DNA from: Escherichia coli
GTDB taxonomy: Bacteria; Pseudomonadota; Gammaproteobacteria; Enterobacterales; Enterobacteriaceae
Strand: one strand, 5' to 3'
DNA length: 64,000 bases
Assembly (NCBI RefSeq): GCF_046105845.1
Contig: NZ_CP151004.1
Shown here piece after piece: positions 37,374-48,454 of the stretch; the stretch's first letter is position 1, and every line of letters begins with the position of its first letter. The position numbers were made by a program, and so were the translations under genes. The notes under the pieces were generated by a model. That model made no database searches and was not told the DNA's origin. It saw only the letters and a program-made list of their open reading frames with translations.

Positions 37374-38228
37374 TTAGTTCTGCGGATTCAACGCGCTAAG
37401 GATAAAATCCACTATCTGTTCGCGATAAACATCGCCGTGACGATCGGAAAAAGCATCAATGTGTTCGCCATCCGGGATTAGGATCAACCGTTTTGGCTCT
37501 TTTGCCAGGCTATACAACTTTTCGCTGTGCTGCCATGGGATAACGTGATCAGCTTTACCGTGAATCAGTAAAAGCGGGATCGGGCTGACGCTGGCGATGT
37601 AATTTTCGCCGCTGTAACTCTCATCAAGTAAGTAGCCACTGCCGGGGATCATCTGGTTGGCGATGGTCGCATAAGAGGCAAATGTGGAGTCGAGGATCAC
37701 CGCACGTATGCCTTCACGATCACCCTGACCAATAACATCCAGAATATTCGCCCCGCCAATACTCTGCCCGAACAGCACCAGCCGTTGTGGGTTTACATCA
37801 CTGCGATGGCGCACCACATTGATGGCACTTTGCGTATCGTCCAGCAATCCGGCCTGGGACGGCGTGCCTTTTGATTTACCAAACCCGCGATAATCAAACA
37901 TAAAAACGTTGAAATTACGCTCGGGTAACCAACTGACCAGCGGCCAGTGGGCGGACATATTTCCGGCATTGCCGTGAGCATGAATAATGGTAGCAATGGC
38001 GTTATCAGCAGGGCCCGTCGAAGAAGGGATAAACCAGCCTTGCAGATGAGTACCGTCCTTAGCCGTAAATTCGACGGATTCCGCCGACCAGGGTTCGGGA
38101 CCGTAAATTTTGTCGTCAGGATAATAGAAGAAATTGATGGCGATGCGCGGTATTAAATAAATGCAGAAGGCAACAACAAAGAGAATAAACAGAATTTTGA
38201 GAACGCGTTTGTTCACTGGCAGCGCCAT
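37374..38228 (-). CDS. yfhR: Alpha/beta-hydrolase-fold protein (putative peptidase/esterase)
   Basis: GxSxG nucleophile motif (LFGQSIGG) and HGNAGN oxyanion region; N-terminal transmembrane segment; start at the internal ATG 38228 with AAGGAAAGG ribosome-binding site (the 5'-extended ORF start at 38255 has none). Confidence 0.8.
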   Translation of the reverse strand: MALPVNKRVLKILFILFVVAFCIYLIPRIAINFFYYPDDKIYGPEPWSAESVEFTAKDGTHLQGWFIPSSTGPADNAIATIIHAHGNAGNMSAHWPLVSWLPERNFNVFMFDYRGFGKSKGTPSQAGLLDDTQSAINVVRHRSDVNPQRLVLFGQSIGGANILDVIGQGDREGIRAVILDSTFASYATIANQMIPGSGYLLDESYSGENYIASVSPIPLLLIHGKADHVIPWQHSEKLYSLAKEPKRLILIPDGEHIDAFSDRHGDVYREQIVDFILSALNPQN

Positions 38229-38372
38229 AACCTTTCCTTGCGACTTCTTTATCATCCATTAATCGGGGAAAGATGGTGGGAGAGTGGCGAAAGAAAGTAA
38301 AGCGGTGAGGAAGTATTTCGGAATAGCGCCTGAAAGGCGAGGGCGGGTGAGTGACATCACCCGCCAGAGTCA

Positions 38373-39176
38373 TTAACGCTTCAGGGCGTCGCTTAACTCG
38401 TCACGCATATTCGCCAGCATGGCTTTAACAACGCGCGGGTTACCAGCAACGATGTTACCGGTCAGCATGTAGTTATGACCACCGGTGAAGTCGCTGACGA
38501 TGCCGCCCGCTTCACGAACCAGCAGCTCGCCTGCGGCGAAATCCCACGGACGCAGACCGATTTCAAAGAAACCGTCAACGCGACCCGCAGCAACGTAAGC
38601 CAGATCCAGCGCCGCAGAACCGGTACGACGGAAGTCTGCACATTCGTTGAACAGTTTGCCGACGATGTTGATGTAGGTGGTGGCGTACTGTTTTGCTTTG
38701 AACGGGAAGCCGGTCGCCAGAATAGTACCGTCGAGATCGCGAGCGGTGCTGCCGCGCAGACGGTAGCCGTTCAGCTGTGCGCCCTGACCGCGAGTGGCGG
38801 TGAACAGTTCGTTACGCATAGGATCGTAAACCACAGCAACTTCAGTGCGGCCTTTGATACGAACGGCGATAGATACCGCGAAGTGCGGCAGACGTTTGAT
38901 AAAGTTGGTAGTGCCATCCAGTGGATCGATAACCCATTGAACATCCTGATCAGTACCTTCAAGTTCACCGCTTTCTTCGGTGATGATGGTGTGCTGTGGG
39001 TAAGATTTACGAATCGTGTCGATAATCACCGCTTCGGCAGCTTTATCTACGTTGGTCACGAAGTCGTTACTGCCTTTCTGGCTCGCTTCTACAGCGTCCG
39101 GGGTTTCATAGTTTTTGGCAATTAAATTACCCGCCTTGCGCGCTGCGCGCACGGCGATGTTCAGCATCGGATGCAT
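38373..39176 (-). CDS. suhB: Inositol-1-monophosphatase
   Basis: 267-aa ORF MHPMLNIAVRAARKAGNLIAKNYE... with IMPase motifs (WVIDPLDGT). Confidence 0.95.
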   Translation of the reverse strand: MHPMLNIAVRAARKAGNLIAKNYETPDAVEASQKGSNDFVTNVDKAAEAVIIDTIRKSYPQHTIITEESGELEGTDQDVQWVIDPLDGTTNFIKRLPHFAVSIAVRIKGRTEVAVVYDPMRNELFTATRGQGAQLNGYRLRGSTARDLDGTILATGFPFKAKQYATTYINIVGKLFNECADFRRTGSAALDLAYVAAGRVDGFFEIGLRPWDFAAGELLVREAGGIVSDFTGGHNYMLTGNIVAGNPRVVKAMLANMRDELSDALKR

Positions 39177-39294
39177 CGGTCTCTCTCACTGGATGTTAAA
39201 GAACGGGAAAACGGCGCAGAGTATAGCAGCGAGATCGGCATCTGTCTTCGTTTTATGATAAGATGCGCGAATAATCTTTAGACGAAGAAAGACA

Positions 39295-40035
39295 ATGCTG
39301 CAAAATATTCGAATTGTGCTGGTGGAGACGTCACACACCGGCAATATGGGTTCTGTTGCCCGTGCCATGAAAACAATGGGATTAACCAATCTGTGGCTGG
39401 TTAATCCACTGGTGAAACCTGACTCCCAGGCGATTGCCCTGGCAGCAGGGGCCAGCGATGTGATTGGTAATGCTCATATCGTCGATACGCTCGACGAAGC
39501 GTTAGCCGGTTGTAGCCTGGTGGTGGGCACCAGCGCACGCTCCCGCACGCTGCCGTGGCCGATGCTCGACCCGCGCGAATGCGGTCTGAAAAGCGTCGCT
39601 GAAGCGGCAAATACCCCGGTGGCGCTGGTTTTTGGTCGCGAGCGCGTCGGCTTGACCAATGAAGAGTTGCAGAAATGCCATTATCATGTCGCGATTGCCG
39701 CTAACCCGGAATACAGTTCGCTGAACCTGGCGATGGCGGTTCAGGTTATTGCCTATGAAGTGCGCATGGCCTGGCTTGCAACTCAGGAAAATGGTGAGCA
39801 GGTCGAGCATGAAGAGACGCCGTATCCGCTGGTCGATGATCTGGAGCGTTTTTATGGTCATCTGGAACAAACGCTGCTGGCAACCGGTTTTATCCGTGAA
39901 AACCATCCGGGGCAGGTGATGAATAAATTGCGTCGTCTGTTTACCCGTGCGCGCCCGGAAAGCCAGGAATTGAATATCCTGCGCGGGATTCTGGCTTCTA
40001 TAGAGCAGCAGAATAAAGGTAATAAGGCCGAATAA
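39295..40035 (+). CDS. trmJ: tRNA (cytidine/uridine-2'-O)-methyltransferase TrmJ (SPOUT family)
   Basis: 246-aa [39 protein letters not shown]... Confidence 0.93.
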
Positions 40036-40039
40036 TAGT

Positions 40040-40135
40040 GGTTGCCTGATGCGACGCTTAACGCGTCTTATCAGGCCTGCAGTGCACAGAGCCTCAGGTC
40101 GGATAAGGCGTTCACGTCGCATCCGACAACAGGTA
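40040..40135. repeat. REP/BIME cluster (two REP palindromes)
   Basis: gcctgatgcgacgcttaacgcgtcttatcaggcc and ggataaggcgttcacgtcgcatccgaca: REP-family palindromes between trmJ and iscR. Confidence 0.55.
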
Positions 40136-40168
40136 CAAACGCCACGATAAAAAAATGGCACTGAAGGT

Positions 40169-40225
40169 TAAATACCCGACTAAATCAGTCAAGTAAATAG
40201 TTGACCAATTTACTCGGGAATGTCA
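40169..40225. promoter_or_regulatory. Probable IscR (type 1) autoregulatory sites in the iscR promoter
   Basis: aaatacccgactaaatcagtcaagtaaat and atagttgaccaatttactcgggaatg resemble the ATASYYGACTRwwwYAGTCRRSTAT-type motif as I recall it; upstream of iscR. Confidence 0.45.
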
Positions 40226-40304
40226 GACTTGACCCTGCTATGCAATACCCCCACTTTTACAATAAAAAACCCCGGGCAGGGGCGAGTTTGAGGTGAAGTA
40301 AGAC

Positions 40305-40793
40305 ATGAGACTGACATCTAAAGGGCGCTATGCCGTGACCGCAATGCTTGACGTTGCGCTCAACTCTGAAGCGGGCCCGGTACCGTTGGCTGATATTTCC
40401 GAACGTCAGGGAATTTCTCTTTCTTATCTGGAACAACTGTTTTCCCGTCTGCGTAAAAATGGTCTGGTTTCCAGCGTACGTGGACCAGGCGGTGGTTATC
40501 TGTTAGGCAAAGATGCCAGCAGCATCGCCGTTGGCGAAGTGATTAGCGCCGTTGACGAATCTGTAGATGCCACCCGTTGTCAGGGTAAAGGCGGCTGCCA
40601 GGGCGGCGATAAATGCCTGACCCACGCGCTGTGGCGTGATTTGAGCGACCGTCTCACCGGTTTTCTCAACAACATTACTTTAGGCGAACTGGTTAATAAC
40701 CAGGAAGTGCTGGATGTGTCTGGTCGTCAGCATACTCACGACGCGCCACGCACCCGCACACAAGACGCGATCGACGTTAAGTTACGCGCTTAA
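40305..40793 (+). CDS. iscR: Fe-S cluster assembly transcriptional regulator IscR (Rrf2 family)
   Basis: 162-aa [49 protein letters not shown]... with cluster-ligand cysteines ([13 protein letters not shown]). Confidence 0.95.
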
Positions 40794-41033
40794 TTTAACC
40801 GTCCTGTTTCGTGTTGCATCTGCGTTGACTGCACATACTCACTCTGGTCACTTACTTATGTAAGCTCCCGGAGATTCGTAAGTTTGTCAACTTGCTGAAA
40901 CCCGAAACAGTTAGGTTAAAGATAACAAGATATTAGAATCAGGCCGGGGCGTATCGCGCTCCGTAAACACGGTCGTACATCCAGCCGGTAGCCTGGTTCC
41001 TTGCATTGAGTGATGTACGGAGTTTATAGAGCA

Positions 41034-42248
41034 ATGAAATTACCGATTTATCTCGACTACTCCGCAACCACGCCGGTGGACCCGCGTGTTGCCGAGAAAA
41101 TGATGCAGTTTATGACGATGGACGGAACCTTTGGTAACCCGGCCTCCCGTTCTCACCGTTTCGGCTGGCAGGCTGAAGAAGCGGTAGATATCGCCCGTAA
41201 TCAGATTGCCGAACTGGTCGGCGCTGACCCGCGTGAAATCGTCTTTACCTCTGGTGCAACCGAATCTGACAACCTGGCGATCAAAGGTGCAGCCAACTTT
41301 TATCAGAAAAAAGGCAAGCACATCATCACCAGTAAAACCGAACACAAAGCGGTACTGGATACCTGCCGTCAGCTGGAGCGCGAAGGTTTCGAAGTCACCT
41401 ACCTGGCACCGCAGCGTAATGGCATTATCGACCTGAAAGAACTGGAAGCAGCGATGCGTGACGACACCATCCTCGTTTCCATCATGCACGTAAATAACGA
41501 AATCGGCGTGGTGCAGGATATCGCGGCTATCGGCGAAATGTGCCGTGCTCGCGGCATTATCTATCACGTTGATGCAACCCAGAGCGTGGGCAAACTGCCT
41601 ATCGACCTGAGCCAGTTGAAAGTTGACCTGATGTCATTCTCCGGTCACAAAATCTATGGCCCGAAAGGTATCGGTGCGCTATATGTGCGTCGTAAACCGC
41701 GCGTACGCATCGAAGCGCAAATGCACGGCGGCGGTCACGAGCGCGGTATGCGTTCCGGCACTCTGCCTGTTCACCAGATCGTTGGTATGGGCGAAGCCTA
41801 TCGCATCGCAAAAGAAGAGATGGCGACCGAGATGGAACGTCTGCGCGGCCTGCGTAACCGTCTGTGGAACGGCATCAAAGATATCGAAGAAGTTTACCTG
41901 AACGGTGACCTGGAACACGGTGCGCCGAACATTCTCAACGTCAGCTTCAACTACGTTGAAGGTGAGTCGCTGATTATGGCGCTGAAAGACCTCGCGGTTT
42001 CTTCAGGTTCCGCCTGTACGTCAGCAAGCCTCGAACCGTCCTACGTGCTGCGCGCGCTGGGGCTGAACGACGAGCTGGCACATAGCTCTATCCGTTTCTC
42101 TTTAGGTCGTTTTACTACTGAAGAAGAGATCGACTACACCATCGAGTTAGTTCGTAAATCCATCGGTCGTCTGCGTGACCTTTCTCCGCTGTGGGAAATG
42201 TACAAGCAGGGCGTGGATCTGAACAGCATCGAATGGGCACATCATTAA
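41034..42248 (+). CDS. iscS: Cysteine desulfurase IscS
   Basis: [31 protein letters not shown]... (404 aa); PLP-lysine context [12 protein letters not shown]; active-site SSGSACTS; start at the internal ATG 41034. Confidence 0.96.
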   Translation: MKLPIYLDYSATTPVDPRVAEKMMQFMTMDGTFGNPASRSHRFGWQAEEAVDIARNQIAELVGADPREIVFTSGATESDNLAIKGAANFYQKKGKHIITSKTEHKAVLDTCRQLEREGFEVTYLAPQRNGIIDLKELEAAMRDDTILVSIMHVNNEIGVVQDIAAIGEMCRARGIIYHVDATQSVGKLPIDLSQLKVDLMSFSGHKIYGPKGIGALYVRRKPRVRIEAQMHGGGHERGMRSGTLPVHQIVGMGEAYRIAKEEMATEMERLRGLRNRLWNGIKDIEEVYLNGDLEHGAPNILNVSFNYVEGESLIMALKDLAVSSGSACTSASLEPSYVLRALGLNDELAHSSIRFSLGRFTTEEEIDYTIELVRKSIGRLRDLSPLWEMYKQGVDLNSIEWAHH

Positions 42249-42275
42249 TCGGTATCGGAATCAGGAGAATTTATA

Positions 42276-42662
42276 ATGGCTTACAGCGAAAAAGTTATCG
42301 ACCATTACGAGAATCCGCGTAACGTGGGTTCCTTTGACAACAACGACGAGAACGTCGGCAGCGGCATGGTGGGTGCACCGGCATGTGGCGACGTGATGAA
42401 GTTGCAGATTAAAGTCAACGATGAAGGTATCATTGAAGACGCGCGTTTTAAAACTTACGGCTGCGGTTCTGCTATCGCTTCCAGCTCCCTGGTCACCGAA
42501 TGGGTGAAAGGGAAGTCTCTCGACGAAGCGCAGGCGATCAAAAACACCGATATTGCTGAAGAACTTGAACTGCCTCCGGTGAAAATTCACTGTTCTATTC
42601 TGGCAGAAGACGCGATCAAAGCCGCCATTGCGGACTATAAAAGCAAACGTGAAGCAAAATAA
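42276..42662 (+). CDS. iscU: Fe-S cluster scaffold protein IscU
   Basis: 128-aa ORF MAYSEKVIDHYENPRNVGSFDNNDENVGSGMVGAPACGDVMKLQIKVN... with the LPPVK motif. Confidence 0.96.
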   Translation: MAYSEKVIDHYENPRNVGSFDNNDENVGSGMVGAPACGDVMKLQIKVNDEGIIEDARFKTYGCGSAIASSSLVTEWVKGKSLDEAQAIKNTDIAEELELPPVKIHCSILAEDAIKAAIADYKSKREAK

Positions 42663-42678
42663 GAGTTGAGGTTTGGTT

Positions 42679-43002
42679 ATGTCGATTACACTGAGCGACA
42701 GTGCAGCAGCGCGAGTAAATACCTTTCTGGCTAACCGCGGCAAAGGGTTTGGCCTGCGTCTGGGCGTGAGAACCTCCGGATGTTCAGGTATGGCTTATGT
42801 ACTGGAATTTGTTGACGAACCGACGCCGGAAGACATCGTGTTTGAAGACAAAGGCGTGAAAGTCGTGGTCGATGGCAAAAGCCTGCAATTTCTGGACGGT
42901 ACGCAGCTGGACTTCGTAAAAGAAGGCCTGAACGAAGGGTTTAAATTCACCAACCCGAACGTCAAAGATGAGTGTGGTTGCGGCGAAAGCTTCCACGTTT
43001 GA
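42679..43002 (+). CDS. iscA: Fe-S cluster insertion protein IscA (A-type carrier)
   Basis: [40 protein letters not shown]...CGCGESF (107 aa); start at ATG 42679. Confidence 0.95.
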   Translation: MSITLSDSAAARVNTFLANRGKGFGLRLGVRTSGCSGMAYVLEFVDEPTPEDIVFEDKGVKVVVDGKSLQFLDGTQLDFVKEGLNEGFKFTNPNVKDECGCGESFHV

Positions 43003-43097
43003 TGCGCATACCGATAACCCCACCGTGGTCGCCTGCGCGTGGGGTTTGTTTTACCTGATTCGCCGTTATCGCGGCGGATCGCAGCCCTGAGAATGTT

Positions 43098-43613
43098 ATG
43101 GATTACTTCACCCTCTTTGGCTTGCCTGCCCGTTATCAACTCGATACCCAGGCACTGAGCCTGCGTTTTCAGGATCTACAACGTCAGTATCATCCTGATA
43201 AATTCGCCAGCGGAAGCCAGGCGGAACAACTCGCCGCCGTACAGCAATCTGCAACCATTAACCAGGCCTGGCAAACGCTGCGTCATCCGTTAATGCGCGC
43301 GGAATATTTGCTTTCTTTGCACGGTTTTGATCTCGCCAGCGAGCAGCATACTGTGCGCGACACCGCGTTCCTGATGGAACAGCTGGAACTGCGCGAAGAA
43401 CTGGACGAGATCGAACAGGCGAAAGATGAAGCGCGGCTGGAAAGCTTTATCAAACGTGTGAAAAAGATGTTTGATACCCGCCATCAGTTGATGGTTGAAC
43501 AGTTAGACAACGAGACGTGGGACGCGGCGGCGGATACCGTGCGTAAGCTGCGTTTTCTCGATAAACTGCGAAGCAGTGCCGAACAACTCGAAGAAAAACT
43601 GCTCGATTTTTAA
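43098..43613 (+). CDS. hscB: Co-chaperone HscB (J-domain protein)
   Basis: 171 aa [36 protein letters not shown]... with the HPD J-domain motif. Confidence 0.95.
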   Translation: MDYFTLFGLPARYQLDTQALSLRFQDLQRQYHPDKFASGSQAEQLAAVQQSATINQAWQTLRHPLMRAEYLLSLHGFDLASEQHTVRDTAFLMEQLELREELDEIEQAKDEARLESFIKRVKKMFDTRHQLMVEQLDNETWDAAADTVRKLRFLDKLRSSAEQLEEKLLDF

Positions 43614-43629
43614 TTTCTGGAAGCTAAAC

Positions 43630-45480
43630 ATGGCCTTATTACAAATTAGTGAACCTGGTTTGAGTGCTGCGCCGCATCAGCGTCGTCTGGCGGCCGGTAT
43701 CGACCTGGGCACAACCAACTCGCTGGTGGCGACAGTGCGCAGCGGTCAGGCCGAAACGTTAGCCGACCATGAAGGCCGTCACCTGCTGCCGTCTGTTGTT
43801 CACTATCAACAGCAAGGGCATTCGGTGGGTTATGACGCGCGTACTAACGCAGCGCTTGATACCGCCAACACCATTAGTTCTGTTAAACGCCTGATGGGGC
43901 GCTCGCTGGCTGATATCCAGCAACGCTATCCGCATCTGCCTTATCAATTCCAGGCCAGCGAAAACGGCCTGCCGATGATTGAAACGGCGGCGGGGCTGCT
44001 GAACCCGGTGCGCGTTTCTGCGGACATCCTCAAAGCACTGGCGGCGCGGGCAACTGAAGCCCTGGCAGGCGAGCTGGATGGTGTAGTTATCACCGTTCCG
44101 GCGTACTTTGACGATGCCCAGCGTCAGGGCACCAAAGACGCGGCGCGTCTGGCGGGCCTTCACGTCCTGCGCTTACTTAACGAACCGACCGCTGCGGCTA
44201 TCGCCTACGGGCTGGATTCCGGTCAGGAAGGCGTGATCGCCGTTTATGACCTCGGTGGCGGGACGTTTGATATTTCCATTCTGCGCTTAAGTCGCGGCGT
44301 GTTTGAAGTGCTGGCGACCGGCGGTGATTCCGCGCTCGGCGGCGATGATTTCGACCATCTGCTGGCGGATTACATTCGCGAGCAGGCGGGCATTCCTGAT
44401 CGTAGCGATAACCGCGTTCAGCGTGAACTGCTGGATGCCGCCATTGCAGCCAAAATCGCGCTGAGCGATGCGGACTCCGTGACCGTTAACGTTGCGGGCT
44501 GGCAGGGCGAAATCAGCCGTGAACAATTCAATGAACTGATCGCGCCACTGGTAAAACGAACCTTACTGGCTTGTCGTCGCGCGCTGAAAGACGCTGGCGT
44601 AGAAGCTGATGAAGTGCTGGAAGTGGTGATGGTTGGCGGTTCTACTCGCGTGCCGCTGGTGCGTGAACGAGTAGGCGAATTTTTCGGTCGTCCACCGCTG
44701 ACTTCTATCGACCCGGATAAAGTCGTCGCTATTGGCGCGGCGATTCAGGCGGATATTCTGGTGGGTAACAAGCCGGACAGCGAAATGCTGTTGCTGGATG
44801 TGATCCCGCTGTCGCTGGGCCTCGAAACGATGGGCGGCCTGGTGGAGAAAGTGATTCCGCGTAATACCACTATTCCGGTGGCGCGCGCTCAGGATTTCAC
44901 CACCTTTAAAGATGGTCAGACGGCGATGTCTATCCATGTAATGCAGGGTGAGCGTGAACTGGTGCAGGACTGCCGCTCGCTGGCGCGTTTTGCACTGCGT
45001 GGTATCCCGGCGCTACCGGCTGGCGGCGCGCATATTCGCGTAACGTTCCAGGTCGATGCCGACGGTCTTTTGAGCGTGACGGCGATGGAGAAATCCACCG
45101 GCGTTGAGGCGTCTATTCAGGTCAAACCGTCTTACGGTCTGACCGATAGCGAAATCGCTTCGATGATCAAAGACTCAATGAGCTATGCCGAGCAGGACGT
45201 AAAAGCCCGTATGCTGGCAGAACAAAAAGTAGAAGCGGCGCGTGTGCTGGAAAGTCTGCACGGCGCGCTGGCTGCTGATGCCGCGCTGTTAAGCGCCGCA
45301 GAACGTCAGGATATCGACGATGCTGCCGCTCACCTGAGTGAAGTGGCGCAGGGCGATGATGTTGACGCCATCGAACAAGCGATTAAAAACGTAGACAAAC
45401 AAACCCAGGATTTCGCCGCTCGCCGCATGGACCAGTCGGTTCGTCGTGCGCTGAAAGGCCATTCCGTGGACGAGGTTTAA
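43630..45480 (+). CDS. hscA: Hsp70-type chaperone HscA
   Basis: [34 protein letters not shown]... (616 aa); Hsp70 ATPase motifs; start at the internal ATG 43630, since the ORF-track start lies inside hscB. Confidence 0.95.
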   Translation: MALLQISEPGLSAAPHQRRLAAGIDLGTTNSLVATVRSGQAETLADHEGRHLLPSVVHYQQQGHSVGYDARTNAALDTANTISSVKRLMGRSLADIQQRYPHLPYQFQASENGLPMIETAAGLLNPVRVSADILKALAARATEALAGELDGVVITVPAYFDDAQRQGTKDAARLAGLHVLRLLNEPTAAAIAYGLDSGQEGVIAVYDLGGGTFDISILRLSRGVFEVLATGGDSALGGDDFDHLLADYIREQAGIPDRSDNRVQRELLDAAIAAKIALSDADSVTVNVAGWQGEISREQFNELIAPLVKRTLLACRRALKDAGVEADEVLEVVMVGGSTRVPLVRERVGEFFGRPPLTSIDPDKVVAIGAAIQADILVGNKPDSEMLLLDVIPLSLGLETMGGLVEKVIPRNTTIPVARAQDFTTFKDGQTAMSIHVMQGERELVQDCRSLARFALRGIPALPAGGAHIRVTFQVDADGLLSVTAMEKSTGVEASIQVKPSYGLTDSEIASMIKDSMSYAEQDVKARMLAEQKVEAARVLESLHGALAADAALLSAAERQDIDDAAAHLSEVAQGDDVDAIEQAIKNVDKQTQDFAARRMDQSVRRALKGHSVDEV

Positions 45481-45481
45481 T

Positions 45482-45817
45482 ATGCCAAAGATTGTTATTT
45501 TGCCTCATCAGGATCTCTGCCCTGATGGCGCTGTTCTGGAAGCGAATAGTGGTGAAACCATTCTCGACGTTGCGCTGCGTAACGGTATCGAGATTGAACA
45601 CGCCTGTGAAAAATCCTGTGCTTGCACCACCTGCCACTGCATCGTTCGCGAAGGTTTTGACTCGCTGCCGGAAAGCTCAGAGCAGGAAGACGACATGCTG
45701 GACAAAGCCTGGGGACTGGAGCCGGAAAGCCGTTTAAGCTGCCAGGCGCGCGTTACCGACGAAGATTTAGTGGTCGAAATCCCGCGTTACACTATCAACC
45801 ATGCGCGTGAGCATTAA
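45482..45817 (+). CDS. fdx: [2Fe-2S] ferredoxin of the isc operon
   Basis: 111 aa [53 protein letters not shown]... Confidence 0.95.
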
Positions 45818-45828
45818 CAGAGGTTAGT

Positions 45829-46029
45829 ATGGGACTTAAGTGGACCGATAGCCGCGAAATTGGCGAAGCACTGTACGATGCGTATCCCGATCTTGATCCG
45901 AAAACGGTTCGATTCACCGATATGCATCAGTGGATTTGCGATCTGGAAGATTTCGACGACGACCCGCAGGCATCCAACGAGAAAATCCTCGAAGCGATTT
46001 TGTTAGTCTGGCTGGACGAAGCCGAATAA
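45829..46029 (+). CDS. iscX: Fe-S assembly protein IscX
   Basis: 66 aa [47 protein letters not shown]... Confidence 0.93.
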
Positions 46030-46245
46030 TTTCCGCGTCATGCTTCACGCCGCAGATGCGTTGGCTGCGCTCGTTCACCCCAGTCACATAGTTATCTATG
46101 CTCCTGGGGCTTCACTCACTTGCCGCGTGATTCGGCCTTTTGGCCTCACCCCTCCGGGGCCAGCGCAAGCGCTGTTCAAAACGCAATGCGTTTTGTCCTG
46201 CAACGCGAATCATTTAGCGGAAAAATCCTGGGGCTGCCAACTGGC
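46030..46245 (-). repeat. ERIC (IRU) element
   Basis: The reverse complement of 46040-46130 reads GTGAAGCCCCAGGAGCATAGATAACTATGTGACTGGGGTGAACGAGCGCAGCCAACGCATCTGCGGCGTGAAGCAT, a close match to the ERIC consensus (GTGAATCCCCAGGAGCTTACATAAGTAAGTGACTGGGGTGAGCG...) as I recall it; abuts the iscX stop. Confidence 0.65.
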
Positions 46246-46273
46246 GGCCCTTTTACAAAGAAGGATAACTAGA

Positions 46274-47557
46274 ATGACAGAAGCGATGAAGATTACCCTC
46301 TCTACCCAACCTGCCGACGCGCGCTGGGGAGAAAAAGCGACTTACAGCATTAATAATGATGGCATTACCCTGCATTTGAACGGGACAGACGATCTGGGGC
46401 TGATCCAGCGTGCGGCGCGCAAGATTGACGGTCTGGGCATCAAGCATGTTCAGTTAAGCGGTGAAGACTGGGATGCGGATCGCTGCTGGGCATTCTGGCA
46501 AGGTTACAAAGCCCCGAAAGGCACACGTAAAGTGGAGTGGCCGGATCTGGACGATGCCCAGCGCCAGGAACTGGATAACCGCCTGATGATCATCGACTGG
46601 GTGCGTGACACCATTAACGCACCGGCGGAAGAGCTGGGTCCATCGCAACTGGCACAGCGTGCTGTTGATCTGATCAGCAACGTCGCAGGCGATCGTGTGA
46701 CTTATCGGATCACCAAAGGTGAAGATCTGCGTGATCAAGGTTATATGGGGCTGCACACGGTCGGGCGCGGTTCAGAACGTTCTCCGGTATTGCTGGCGCT
46801 GGATTACAACCCAACAGGCGATAAAGAAGCGCCAGTGTACGCGTGCCTGGTTGGTAAAGGCATCACCTTTGATTCCGGCGGCTACAGCATCAAACAGACC
46901 GCATTTATGGACTCGATGAAGTCGGACATGGGCGGCGCGGCAACGGTTACCGGAGCGCTGGCGTTTGCCATTACGCGCGGACTGAACAAGCGCGTGAAGC
47001 TGTTCCTCTGCTGTGCGGATAACCTGATCAGCGGCAATGCGTTCAAGCTGGGCGATATCATTACCTATCGCAACGGTAAAAAAGTTGAAGTGATGAACAC
47101 CGATGCGGAAGGGCGTCTGGTGCTGGCCGATGGCCTGATTGATGCCAGTGCGCAGAAACCGGAACTGATCATTGATGCGGCGACCCTCACCGGGGCGGCG
47201 AAAACTGCGCTGGGTAATGATTATCACGCGCTGTTCAGTTTTGACGATGCGCTTGCCGGTCGCTTGCTGGCGAGTGCCGCGCAGGAGAATGAACCGTTCT
47301 GGCGTCTGCCGCTGGCGGAGTTCCACCGCAGCCAGCTGCCGTCTAACTTTGCGGAACTGAACAATACCGGAAGCGCGGCGTATCCGGCAGGCGCGAGCAC
47401 GGCGGCGGGCTTCCTGTCGCACTTTGTTGAGAACTATCAGCAAGGCTGGCTGCATATCGACTGCTCGGCGACTTACCGTAAAGCGCCGGTTGAACAGTGG
47501 TCTGCGGGTGCTACGGGACTTGGTGTGCGCACGATTGCTAATCTGTTAACGGCGTAA
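46274..47557 (+). CDS. pepB: Peptidase B (M17 leucyl aminopeptidase family)
   Basis: [30 protein letters not shown]... (427 aa); M17 signature NTDAEGRL; AAGGA ribosome-binding site 8 nt upstream; the ORF-track 5' extension runs through the ERIC element and is rejected. Confidence 0.93.
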   Translation: MTEAMKITLSTQPADARWGEKATYSINNDGITLHLNGTDDLGLIQRAARKIDGLGIKHVQLSGEDWDADRCWAFWQGYKAPKGTRKVEWPDLDDAQRQELDNRLMIIDWVRDTINAPAEELGPSQLAQRAVDLISNVAGDRVTYRITKGEDLRDQGYMGLHTVGRGSERSPVLLALDYNPTGDKEAPVYACLVGKGITFDSGGYSIKQTAFMDSMKSDMGGAATVTGALAFAITRGLNKRVKLFLCCADNLISGNAFKLGDIITYRNGKKVEVMNTDAEGRLVLADGLIDASAQKPELIIDAATLTGAAKTALGNDYHALFSFDDALAGRLLASAAQENEPFWRLPLAEFHRSQLPSNFAELNNTGSAAYPAGASTAAGFLSHFVENYQQGWLHIDCSATYRKAPVEQWSAGATGLGVRTIANLLTA

Positions 47558-47559
47558 AC

Positions 47560-47650
47560 GTCTTATTTGGCCTACAAAATTGCGAAAATCCAATAGATTG
47601 AGATTCCCTTGTAGGCCTGATAAGCGTAGCGCATCAGGCACTTGTGCCCC
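47560..47650. repeat. REP-like palindromic elements between pepB and sseB
   Basis: ttggcctacaa ... ttgtaggcctgataagcgtagcgcatcaggca: REP-family sequence with an inverted copy fragment. Confidence 0.45.
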
Positions 47651-47675
47651 GAACGTTGAATGAATTGTGGTTCTT

Positions 47676-48452
47676 ATGTCCGAAACAAAAAACGAACTTG
47701 AAGATCTGCTGAAAAAAGCAGCAATCGAACCGGCGCACCGCCCGGCCTTTTTCCGTACTCTACTGGAATCCACCGTCTGGGTGCCGGGTACGGCGGCGCA
47801 GGGCGAGGCTGTGGTTGAAGATAGCGCGCTTGATTTACAGCACTGGGAAAAAGAAGACGGCACCAGCGTCATTCCTTTTTTTACCTCGTTAGAAGCACTT
47901 CAACAGGCGGTTGAAGACGAACAGGCATTTGTCGTAATGCCCGTTCGCACATTGTTTGAGATGACCCTTGGCGAAACGCTCTTCCTTAATGCCAAACTGC
48001 CAACCGGTAAAGAATTTATGCCGCGTGAAATCAGTTTGTTGATTGGTGAAGAAGGAAATCCGCTGAGCAGCCAGGAAGTACTGGAGGGCGGTGAATCGCT
48101 GATATTATCGGAAGTCGCAGAGCCACCAGCACAAATGATTGATTCTCTCACCACCTTATTTAAAACTATTAAGCCGGTGAAGCGTGCTTTTATTTGTTCA
48201 ATTAAAGAGAACGAAGAGGCACAGCCTAATTTACTTATTGGCATTGAAGCCGATGGTGATATCGAAGAAATTATTCAGGCGGCGGGAAGTGTAGCGACCG
48301 ATACATTACCTGGCGATGAACCCATCGATATTTGTCAAGTGAAAAAAGGGGAAAAAGGAATTAGCCACTTTATTACCGAACATATTGTGCCATTCTATGA
48401 ACGTCGCTGGGGTGGTTTTTTGCGTGACTTTAAACAGAACCGGATAATCTAA
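47676..48452 (+). CDS. sseB: SseB (enhanced serine sensitivity protein B)
   Basis: MSETKNELEDLLKKAAIEPAHRPAFFRTLLESTVWVPG... (258 aa); start at ATG 47676. Confidence 0.88.
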   Translation: MSETKNELEDLLKKAAIEPAHRPAFFRTLLESTVWVPGTAAQGEAVVEDSALDLQHWEKEDGTSVIPFFTSLEALQQAVEDEQAFVVMPVRTLFEMTLGETLFLNAKLPTGKEFMPREISLLIGEEGNPLSSQEVLEGGESLILSEVAEPPAQMIDSLTTLFKTIKPVKRAFICSIKENEEAQPNLLIGIEADGDIEEIIQAAGSVATDTLPGDEPIDICQVKKGEKGISHFITEHIVPFYERRWGGFLRDFKQNRII

Positions 48453-48454
48453 AA

